A stretch of 64,000 nucleotides of DNA, taken from Octopus sinensis. Taxonomy: Eukaryota. A program made the translations under genes and the position numbers. Under the pieces are notes generated by a model. The model made no database searches. It had not been told where the DNA came from and saw only the letters and a program-made list of their open reading frames with translations. Shown here piece after piece: positions 1 through 11,670 of the stretch (position 1 is its first letter; every line of letters begins with the position of its first letter). Location: contig NC_043000.1 in the NCBI RefSeq assembly GCF_006345805.1, positions 17,236,001 to 17,300,000 of the forward strand, read 5' to 3'.

Positions 1-182
1 TTGCAATGCTTCACTAAAATGGGGAATTCTAATTGTCACTAAATGTGACTAGCGTGTTGAAAAACATCTTACATTGCTAGAAATAAGAGCTAAAATGCTC
101 TAATGCTGCAGTTAACGCACCTGAATGAAAACATATACACTAACAAGAACCATAATTGTCCGAAAAATAACGACCGAGAATT

Positions 183-234
183 CTTAAGACTAACGCGTCA
201 GTTTCGGCAATTTCCGTTGTCATCATCAGTTAGG
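183..234 (-). ncRNA. Minimal (PLE-type) hammerhead ribozyme motif, slightly degenerate
   Basis: Minus strand reads CCTAA-CTGATGA-T-GACAA-CGGAAA-TTGCC-GAAA-CTGA-CGCG-TTAG-TC/TTAAG: canonical core, stem II with one mismatch, 5-bp stem III, GTC triplet, short stem I with one mismatch. Confidence 0.6.
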
Positions 235-270
235 CTAGCTCAGTGTTCAGCTTTTTCGGTGTTCGGCTGT

Positions 271-1302
271 TTGTGAGTGGCTTTGGTACACGGAAACTGA
301 AAGAAGCCTGTCGTATGTATGTGTGTACATATGTATGTGTGTGTATATATATATATATAATATATATATATATATAGCAATAATAATTCTCTAAATGAGA
401 TATAGACAGTGACTGCTCCATAATATAAGGGACATTAGCCAACTGAATATGGCTAGGGACAGGGCAGGGTGGTGGGGGTGTCACTGTTGCATTTAGCCCC
501 AGGCGAACATCAACGTCACCAGATAGGCCGACGCCATCACGGCGTCCTCTATCTTGCAAAGGGAGATCATTCCCCAAGAAGCGGATGCCACACACGGACC
601 TAGGTTTCAAGGTGTATTGCCTATTATCAACGTGTGGTAGGCACCGCTTCTCGACGAACGACTCACCGAGCAAGATATATATAAAGATTTTCAAGTAAAT
701 ACATTTACTGATTTCGAAAATCTGTTCGACAGCAATAATAATTCTCTAAATGAGATATAGACAGTGACTGCTCCATAATATAAGGGACATTAGCCAACTG
801 AATATGGCTACGGACAGGGCAGGGTGGTGGGGGTGTCACTGTTGCATTTAGCCCCAGGCGAACATCAACGTCACCAGATAGGCCGACGCCATCACGGCGT
901 CCTCTATCTTGCAAAGGGAGATCATTCCCCAAGAAGCGGGGGAATGATCTCCCTTTGCAAGATAGAGGACGCCGTGATGGCGTCGGCCTATCTGGTGACG
1001 TTGATGTTCGCCTGGGGCTAAATGCAACAGTGACACCCCCACCACCCTGCCCTGTCCCTAGCCATATTCAGTTGGCTAATGTCCCTTATAATATATATAT
1101 ATATTTATATATATATATAAACTTGTGTGTCTGTATTTGTCTACCCACCAACGTTTGACAACCGATCCAATGTTAGAGGTTCGGCAAAAGAGAACCGATA
1201 GGATAAGTACTAGGCTTACAAAAATAAGTTCTGGGGTTGATTTGTTAGACTAAAAGCGGTGCTCCTGCATGGCCGCAGTCAAATGACTGAAACAACTAAA
1301 AA
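271..1302 (+). mobile_element. SINE family B copy (5'-truncated), split in its (TA)n linker by a 713-bp rearranged insert
   Basis: 271-330 matches the family B 5' half (ttgtgagtgg...acggaaactgaaagaagcc); 1120-1302 matches the 3' half ending catggccgcagtcaaatgactgaaac. Confidence 0.8.
377..1089. repeat. Tandem duplication plus fold-back inverted duplication
   Basis: 377-583 is repeated at 731-938; 939-1089 is the reverse complement of about 781-931, with a 7-nt loop (aagaagc). Confidence 0.95.
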
Positions 1303-1319
1303 ATTTTTTTTTAATATAT

Positions 1320-1343
1320 ACATACATACATATATACACACAC

Positions 1344-1376
<33 letters not shown>

Positions 1377-1545
1377 TGTGTGTATGTATGTGTGTATGTA
1401 TGTAGTGTATGTATGTATGTATGTATGTATGTATATATGTATGTAAATATGTATGTATGTATGTATGTGTGTATGTATGTATGTATGCATGCATGCATGC
1501 ATGCATGTATGTATGTATGTATGTAGTATGTATATATGTATGCAC

Positions 1546-1576
<31 letters not shown>

Positions 1577-1690
1577 TGTATGAATGTACGTATGTATGTA
1601 TGTATGTATGTATGTACGTATGTATGTATGTATGCATGTATGTATGTATGTACGTATGTATGTATGTATGCATGCATGCATGCATGTATG

Positions 1691-1722
<32 letters not shown>

Positions 1723-2050
1723 AATGTATATATGTATGTATGTATATATGTATGTTTGTATGTATGTATGTATGTATGTATACATTATGTATGTATGTGT
1801 GTATGTATATATGTATATATGTATGTACATATGTATGTATGTATGTATGTATGCATGCATGATGCATGCATGTATGTATGTATGTATGTATGTATATATG
1901 TATGAATGTACGTATGTATGTATGTATATATGTAGGATGTATGTATGTATGTATGTATGTATGTATGTATGTATGTATTTATGTATGTATGTATGTATGT
2001 ATTTATGTATTTATGTATGTATGTATGTATGTATGTATATATGTATGTAT
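1320..2050. repeat. (TATG)n microsatellite with TGCA variants
   Basis: Direct inspection; source of the YVCM/HTYI pseudo-ORFs. Confidence 0.97.
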
Positions 2051-2348
2051 CACGCACACAAACCTACATACAAAGTCGTGTACAGCAAAATAAATGCACC
2101 CATAAGAATATCTTTCGACATTTAACCTGCTCATCTCTGTAAATCCCTTCCTCTCCACTCCACACCACACATTGTGAGGCTGGGATTGTCATCGTTCGTT
2201 TAACATCAACAACAACCCAGGTTTTAAATGTTGCTGAAGTCGGTGGAACTTCATGACAGGGCGTTGCCGTTTGTTCCCTTTCGGAAGTTCAATAATGTAC
2301 GCGCTACATATAGTCTATGTATGTGTTTCGTGCGCGTATGTGAGTCTG

Positions 2349-2437
<89 letters not shown>

Positions 2438-2713
2438 TGTTGTGCTGGCATGTAATGTAGTTGTTTGTATATGGATATGTGGGTATGTAGTTATGTATTG
2501 CTGTGCATAATTTAAGAGAGCACTGACATATTGAAAGTTCAGATAGCAAGGTGCACAGCGTATATGTATATGTGTCTACATACATACATACATGTATGTA
2601 TGTATGTATGTATGTATGTATGTATGTATGTATATTTATATATATATATATATATTATATATATATATATATATATAGACATACATATATATGTATATAT
2701 ATATGTAAATATA

Positions 2714-2745
<32 letters not shown>

Positions 2746-2753
2746 CGTATATG

Positions 2754-2789
<36 letters not shown>

Positions 2790-2864
2790 AATACATACAT
2801 ATATATACATACATATGTGTGTGTGTGTATTTACATACATACATATGTGTATGTATATTAATAT

Positions 2865-2900
<36 letters not shown>

Positions 2901-2985
2901 TTTATGTATATATGTGTGCGTGTGTCTATGTATGTGTGTGAATGTATAATATATATATAGAGAGAGTGAAATAGATTGAGCGGTC

Positions 2986-3059
<74 letters not shown>

Positions 3060-3072
3060 CAGATAGATAGAC

Positions 3073-3104
<32 letters not shown>

Positions 3105-3802
3105 GGACGGACGGACGGACGGACGGACGGACGGACGGACGGATACTGTATTTAATGTGGTAATTCGAAATTAATTTTAATCCATTGTTGCAATATCCCT
3201 AACAACTGAAGATGTTAAGTCATTAGCATTAAGGAAAGATGCTCTTTAAAAGAGCAAATACTAAACCTCAAATTTCCTCAGACTAAAATTTCAATGTAAA
3301 TATGCAGAGTTAAGAGTCTATTCGTTGATAGCTACGATGACACCTTACAATATATTCCAGTCATCTTCGCGAAAGTATTGTCCAGTCATACATGTTATGA
3401 CCTCTGGAGTACTAACAGATATAGGGGTTTTTCTTTTTCTTTTTCTTTTATCCCAAAATAATTCTCTATTCAGGCAAATCAAACTAATTCTTTTCAAGTT
3501 GGTACCTATTTTAACGACCCGGAAAGGAGAAAAAGCAAAGTCGACCTCAGCAGAATTTGGACTCACAACGTAAAAACTAGAAGAAATGAGGCGAATCAAA
3601 AGAAAAACAGTGCAGAAGAATATCTATGAGTCATTCTAAAGACTTGATTATTTTGAGTTGACTATGATTCGCTGATTCAGTTTAAGACAACATAAACTAG
3701 TCGGGCGGTTACATGAGAGCTACCAAAGGTCAAACACATTCCTCTTCGTTGTTATTGCTTCGTTGTTATTAAATCTTTTTAATGTTGACTTATGCAATTC
3801 AA

Positions 3803-4118
3803 TGAAGGCGCATGGCTTAGTGGTTAGGGTATTCGGCTTACGATTGTAAGATCGTGAGTTCGATTTCCGGCGGTGTCTTGAATCCGTGAGCTTGACACTT
3901 TATTTCCAGTTGCTCCGGTCCACTGCGCTAGCAAAAATTAGTAGTACCTGTACCTCAAAGATCCAGCCTTGTCACATTCTGTGTAACGCCGAATCTCACT
4001 GAAAACTACGTTGGGGGTTCGTATATCTGCGGAGTACTCAGTCACTTGCTATGTAATTTCATGGAGCAGACTTTTCCGTTGATTGGATCAACTTGAACCC
4101 TCGGCGTCATTACCGATG
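3803..4118 (+). mobile_element. Old tRNA-derived SINE: head + CORE-like middle + family A tail
   Basis: A box tggcttagtggttagg, B box gttcgatttcc, CORE-like gagcttgacacttta..gctccggtccact..aaaaattagta, then a diverged family A 3' half. Confidence 0.7.
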
Positions 4119-4370
4119 GAATGACTCTGTGCGATTCGAGCATTCTTGTACAAGTTTTTACAAAGCAAATCATGTATATTTGTGTCCTTGATACTTCAAA
4201 TGTTTCCGCATATCACCAGTTTTCAAACCGCACAGCGATTGTTGGACGTAGATCCACACTTCCTTCTTTCTATCAGCCTGCTCATCAGTCACTATATATT
4301 TTATATATTGTTAGACTCGCAATGGTGTTGGAGGAATTGGTTGAGACAGCTTATGTACTGATTCACCTGT

Positions 4371-4751
4371 GGAGGCGCAATGGCCCAGTGGTTAGGGCAG
4401 CTGACTCGCGGTCGTAAGATCGCGGTTTCGATTCGCAAACCTGGCGTTGTGAGTGTTTATTGAGCGAAAACACCTATAGCTCCACGAGGCTCCGGCAGTG
4501 GGTGGTGGTGATCCCTGCTGTACTCTTTCACCACAACTTTCTCTCACTCTTACTTCCTGTTTCTGTTGTACCTGTATTTCAAAGGGCCAGCCTTGTCACT
4601 CTGTGTCACGCTGAATATCCCCGAGAACTACGTTAAGGGTGCACGTGTCTGTGGAATGCTCAGCCACTTACACGTTAATTTCACGAGCAGGCTGTTCCGT
4701 TGATTCGGATCAACCGGAACCCTCGTCGTCGTAACCGACGGAGTGCTTCCA
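4371..4751 (+). mobile_element. SINE family A (about 385 bp, tRNA-derived)
   Basis: A box tggcccagtggttagg, B box gtttcgattc; near-identical to eight other copies; about 12-bp TSD actgattca(c/t)ct at 4357 and 4755. Confidence 0.92.
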
Positions 4752-6076
4752 CCCACTGATTCATCTTTAATGTTTGGACAAACAACAGGACGTCGCGTGG
4801 TTTGTTTGTTGCTTGAGTTCAGCGGGTCAATGATGATATATTCCAAACATTTGACTCGCCATTGTGAAAGAGGATGGCTTAATTATCATTGCTGTCTGAA
4901 CATTATCTCAGCATTGTTGTAATGTACGTGTGGAGTGTCTTACTGGCTGCGTGAATAAAAACTGAAGCAAGCTCGTGAACATTTAGCTGTAATATATATA
5001 TATATATATATATAATGAACAGTATTAACAATTGCCGACTGGGATGAGTGAAAAGCACCTCTGTGATGTAGAAAGCTAGCTACCAGTGGGACATCATGTG
5101 GTGTGTCTACCTGAAATTGTCTGAGCAAAAGTCCGAGGCGGACCGTGGCGTCAGCAGTCTATCGGCCGTCTGGGCTCTAAGTTAAGCGCTAAACGGTATT
5201 TGTAAAGTGACAGGGGGTAAATTCTAGAACTTTCGTGAAAGCCATATCACGTCATAGCTTTGTACTGATTGGTCGATTTATAGATCAATTACGTGAAACT
5301 GTGATGGCTCACTTGTGATGCTTAACCGAGTATCTAGCGGCTAGGGTTTGGATCCCCACTACAAGGGTATAGGTTTCTACCAAGTCTGGCTTTTCAATCT
5401 TTACTACAAGATTTGTTTATGCGATAGCAAGCCAATTTGTTTATCAGTCTGGCCGCTATTAATTCTTTGAAATAGGGAATTTAGGGAATTTCTGATTTAC
5501 TGATCTACACTCTGTTGAGTTGGTTTAATTGTACAAAAAGACACGTTCAAGAATATATTTTACACCATCTTCTACACCGGGATGTCTGTTGTTGACAACA
5601 CCATCCCGTATATATGTATTTGTGTTTGTTTGAGTGTGGGTGCATGTGCTGTGTTTCTTTATTTCTTCTTGATTGATGTCTTGGAGCATCTTGGACCAGT
5701 ATCCAACTATTAAATTTCTTCCTAGTACCTTCCCATTATGCAGATTCCCTACAGCTTTGACGAACGGTAACGGAGCCGCTTACATAAGTTTTACTGTTTG
5801 TGATGGTAAAGTATTCTTCATTGTATCTAGCCATGAAGCATTCTGATTAAAATCTCTCTAATAATGAATTATTTCGTTATTGCATGCACTTCAAATTCTT
5901 TAGGGTGTTCCATCAGAGTGGCAGCAACTGTATACAAAAAGGCATTCATATTCCTGTGTGTATTATAGCAATTCTTCCATTAGTCCGCAATGAATCACCA
6001 ATAATTCTTAGCATGAGAATGGTTAACTTTTTCCCCGCTACCCTCATGAAAAAATACTTGTTATTTAACAGTAGGT

Positions 6077-6462
6077 TGGAAGCACTCCGTCGGTTACGAC
6101 GATGAGGGTTCCAGTTGATCCGAATCAACGGAACAGCCTGCTCGTGAAATTAACGTGTAAGTGGCTGAGCATTCCACAGACACGTGTACCCTTAACGTAG
6201 TTCTCGGGGATATTCAGCGTGACACAGAGAGTGACAAGGCCGGCCCTTTGAAATACAGGTACAACAGAAACAGGAAGTAAGAGTGAGAGAAAGTTGTGGT
6301 GAAAGAGTACAGCAGGGATCACCACCATCCCCTGCCGGAGCCTCGTGGAGCTTTTAGGTGTTTTCGCTCAATAAACACTCACAACGCCCGGTCTGGGAAT
6401 CGAAACCGCGATCCTATGACCGCGAGTCCGCTGCCCTAACCACTGGGCCATTGCGCCTCCAC
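6077..6462 (-). mobile_element. SINE family A
   Basis: Full copy; TSD taacagtaggt at 6066-6076 and 6463-6473. Confidence 0.95.
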
Positions 6463-8077
6463 TAACAGTAGGTTAGAGATATTGGAAACTATGGTTTTTA
6501 AATGTTTTTAAGCTGTTTATATTCTACGATCATCTCTGTCCACTCAATACATGAAGATAGACGAAAAATGAGTGACGGTAGTGATGGCGTCGTTGATTTG
6601 TTTGTATTTTTATCGGTTTCTATGTTTTGGGCTGATTTGGAATATATTCAGAAAGTCGACCAACATCAAAGGAATTAGAATAATGATTGCTATCTGTAAT
6701 AGCAAACAAAAACCTAAAATAAAAAAGATGTTCAGTGTCGAGATTTCTTAAATATGAAGTGACTTAAGCTTGAATGATCTTCGTCCCATTAGTTTTAATA
6801 GTTTTATGTATCAAATGGGGATCACCAGGGATTTTTCATTGTACCAGAGTTCGTTTTGATTTAAATATAACGACCATATAAAGTACGTAGAATACTTACG
6901 TCGCCTCGGGTGGCTCACAGATGTGGTAACACTACTGGTATCGGTATTGGTGTTATCGTTATCGACATCAGCCAGGATCGTTTAAAAGAAATACAGGGTA
7001 GTAAAAAGTATTTTTTACTGTCTAGTCCGAATGGTTCTGAGTAAATGGCGTTTCTTATTGGTATCAGAATAAGAAAAGAACCAGTTACTGGTCTATGCAA
7101 TGTTGAGTTGGCTTAAATGAATAAAAGATATGTTCAAGAAAACATCTCACACCATCTTTTGCAGCTAGAGCTAGAGAGACTTGTAGGGTGTGGGACGTCG
7201 TTTCACAGTGGCTGACAGTAAACTTCATTTTTCCCTCTGACCAAGGTTCTAGCTGGTCAGCCAGACTTCGTTGAGTCGTCACCATCTGTGACTAAGTCGT
7301 TGAGTCGTCACCGACTGGTGACTAACTGATTGGTGTCTTTGAGCATATTTTCACCTACTGTTTGTTCAGTGTTGGGCCTGGAAAAAATATATACAAAGAG
7401 GGGGCTGGTTGTCTGTCTTGTTCGTTTCATCAGCTTTGAATAGGTTTTTATTATTGATTCAGATATGGTATCCCTCTGTAGCATATGAATCATAGAGCTA
7501 GATTTCTTCTCCCAAAATCCAAGTTTGGCCATATTTTAATCCAAGTGGTTCGCTTGGATTAAATGACGGTTATAAAGCAAAAAGAGAATTCCAGAAACGA
7601 GATCCATAAAGTCTTCCTCGAAAGCCCACCTAAGTTGACACATACATACATATGTACACACATACATACGTACATACATACATACATGTATAAATAAAAA
7701 CATGTACATACATGCATATATGTATAAGTATGTACATACATACATATGCATATAAAAATATATACATACGTAAATTTGTTTAAATTATCTGCACTTCAAA
7801 GATGAAGCTTTGTATCTTTGTTAGAAACCAGTTCCTTTCTTACAAGATTTCGAAAAATTAAAAATAGAAAAGAACACACGCACACATACATACATACATA
7901 CATACATACATACATACATACATACATACATACAACATACATACATACATACATGCATGCATAAATGAGCATGTCTAGACATGTAGATATATGCACGAGA
8001 ATACATGCATAAAACAAAACATGCAAATATACACATATACATGCATACATACATACATACATACATACATACATACA

Positions 8078-8110
<33 letters not shown>

Positions 8111-8253
8111 GCAAAAATATCCTGTTGATGTTGTTGACACTCCAACGAAGGAGCCTTGGATCTAGGTTAGAATCCGGCTCTTTCTAATCTTGAAATAAAA
8201 CTAAATAACGACATATATACATATATTTACGTATATACATCATTTTATATATG

Positions 8254-8388
8254 CGCTTCTTTCAGTTTCCGTTGATCAAATTCACTCACAAGGCACTGGT
8301 CGACTCGAGGCTATTGTAGAAGAAACTTGTCCAAGGCGCCATGCAGTGGGACTGAACCCGGAAACATATGGTTGGGAAGCAAACAGCC
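8254..8388 (-). mobile_element. SINE family B, 5' half fragment
   Basis: gcttctttcagtttccg...actgaacccggaaacatatggttgggaagc matches family B. Confidence 0.75.
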
Positions 8389-8629
8389 ATATTAAATTTT
8401 ACTTCCTCATGTTAAGGCTACCGAAACAAGTTATTCGACCCTACCAATGAATGGAGCTATGAAACATTGACACGGGAACCAGTTAAAGATCATGTCCCGT
8501 CACCAACAACAACGACATTATAACAAGGAAATACGTATTATTAAGGAAATTTAAACACTGAAAAAAAAAAGGACAGTGGAAAATAGACGAAGGAGTACTT
8601 TAAAGTTGCTTTTTAGCTAAAACACACGC

Positions 8630-8676
<47 letters not shown>

Positions 8677-8962
8677 AAAGAACATCTTTTCCTCATTTCT
8701 GCATGCACAGACTCAAATAATTTCTCGCTCTCTAGTTCTCTCTCTCTCCTTCTTTCAAACACGGGCGAATGAAGAATGACAAAATCCTCATAACACTTTA
8801 AATATAAGTTTAGGTTGACTAAAAAAAAAGCTTCTTCTGAAATATGGGAAGTAAAAACTGCGAGAAAAACGAATTTATGTAAGTGAATAAGATCTCACTT
8901 GACTAAGGTACCACGCAGTAACGTGGCAATTGGGACCTTGTAATTATGAAATGATCAGTTGT

Positions 8963-9385
<423 letters not shown>

Positions 9386-9717
9386 TCTATTTATATGTGT
9401 GTATATGTATACACATACAGAGAGAAAGAGAAGGGGGAGAGAGGGAGAGAGAGAGAAATACAGGTATGTCAAATACCGTACAACAAAAATTCTTGATTTA
9501 TCAAAATTATCTCCGCCTCTAGATGATGTAATATAATTGCCTAATGTTAATTATGATCCGGTCCACTTGAGAAGAGGCGATAATCTAAATACTCAAGAAT
9601 TTCTCCAAAGCTGACTAGCCATAAAGGAAAGAAATAGGCTTATTGTCTGGGGATAAGAGAACAGTTGTTGACACGTGTTTCTGGCTGTCTTCAGGGCACA
9701 GAACAGTATACCGTATA

Positions 9718-9801
<84 letters not shown>

Positions 9802-10048
9802 CTTCGAAACGTAGAGTAGATGAAACCATGGCGACTGAAGAAGGGGTTTCTTCTTTGTGTTAATTGTCCTGTACTCTATTTTTTTGTTGTTTAAAAAAAT
9901 GTCCAGTTCCTTGGGTTTGTGTCTATGTTTTCGTTTCTCATTGTGTTCGACGTCTTTTTGGTGTCCTGTACTCACATATGCGTGTATATATACATGTAGA
10001 GGTAGGTACGTACATATATGTTTATATATATGCATATGTTTTATTTAT

Positions 10049-10128
<80 letters not shown>

Positions 10129-10201
10129 TGTATGTATGTATGTATGTATGTATGTGTGTGTGTATTAATAAATGTATTCATATATATTGATACATATATA
10201 T

Positions 10202-10304
<103 letters not shown>

Positions 10305-10949
10305 TACTTATGTGTGTATTTACAAATGCATAGATATATATGCATATATGCAGCGCATAACACACACACACACTCAACATGCACACACACACATACATTT
10401 TCCACCATCTTTTTTCCTCTCCATTCTTATTTTCTTGACATTATTCGAAAAGTACATTGCAATTGGGGATTGCTAGTCACCCTTTTCAACGTATATTTGT
10501 ATCTTCCCTCCGATAAAAATATGAACTATTGCTTTAATACTATTAGCAAATTTAAAAGATATGTGAACTTAAATAAAATATCAATGTGTTTCGAATTACA
10601 TTTACGGCTGTATCACTATGATTTATTACACTTTTAATGTGCAATTCCAACCAGATCGATAAACTTACCAAACTAGTACAACTCTAAAATCTGTGAAATA
10701 CATGTTCACCATATCATTTACACCAAAACGACATAACTCTTAAGTATCAACTGATGCTCCTATTAATACTAATGCTAACGATTTTCTTTATGCGGATAGC
10801 ATGTTCTCCGAAGGTTTCTGTTTTATTTCTGTTTTTTTTTCTCTTTTTTTTTTTTTTCTTTTTCCTGCAGCATAACTTTTGGAAAGTCTCTGCTTTGAAT
10901 ATGTTAACACCAATTTAACTATATTTCAATTTATTATTATTATATTATT

Positions 10950-11129
10950 GGGGGGCAAAGGAAAGTGATTGCGTCTCTCATAGCCTCTCCTCTCCAGGTG
11001 TAATGATCGCTGCAGAACTTCTACCTGGCTGCGCCTTGCGGAAAGTTCTTGCTTGTGGCCTCTCCTGCACTACTGTGTCCACAGCAGCACCTTCACGCGG
11101 TACCCCCTGTTCTCACTGAGCCTGCTGTG
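10950..11129 (+). ncRNA. HDV/CPEB3-like self-cleaving ribozyme candidate (no P4, long J1/2)
   Basis: P1 GGGGGGC 10950-56 / ACCCCCT 11102-08; P2 CACAGCAG 11080-87 / CTGCTGTG 11122-29; P3 ACC 11089-91 / GGT 11099-101; L3 TTCACGC; GT 11109-10; J4/2 CTGA 11116-19. Confidence 0.75.
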
Positions 11130-11670
11130 TGGCGCGACCGGGTGCTTGGCGGTATAACCAGGTGGGCAGACTGGGCTCGTTAGCCTTGGTTGGCAGCCAG
11201 TCTAGGAGAAGGAAAACTCTGACTCCAAACCCTCGCTCCGCTGCCTTGCGGATGCTCTTGGGATAGGGAAAGGCTATGGGAGTAAACCCAGACAGAAAAT
11301 CTGGAGTGGAGCCCCGAAGGCGGTAGGGTGTCGAATCTCGACCCTTTTCCGGCAACTCCTGCAGCCAACCAGACTCCAAATGTACTGCACTGCATTCCTT
11401 TGAATTATGTCTGGGGGGCCGAGAGGGAGATTCTGGTGTCTGGGCAGCCCAGTGTCTTCGTTCCTACCGCCCAGGCTTGCGCCATGGAGAAACTACTTCA
11501 TCGATGGAACAAGCTGAGATGGCAGTTACGAGTTTTAAGCAAGAGTGAATTGGCGTAATCCCGGTGGGAGGGATCATTGAAGTCCCACTGGTCAGCTACC
11601 GCCCGCCTTAAGCTGGGCAGCCCCCGGCCAATAATGGTGCTGACCCGCCACAGACTGCCCGCTTCAATGG

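Noticed and set aside
1250-2142. Long HTYI/YVCM ORFs (also 7536-8187, 16973-17502, 42479-43917, 56579-57369)
   Set aside because: Stop-free translations of (TACA/TATG)n microsatellites, open in several frames on both strands.
2130-2320. Possible minus-strand exon (AYIIELPKGNKRQRPVMKFHRLQQHLKPG)
   Set aside because: Weak splice sites, not recognised as any protein, no neighbouring exons.
4371-4450. tRNA genes at SINE heads
   Set aside because: A/B boxes present but no complete cloverleaf; followed by SINE bodies and TSDs.
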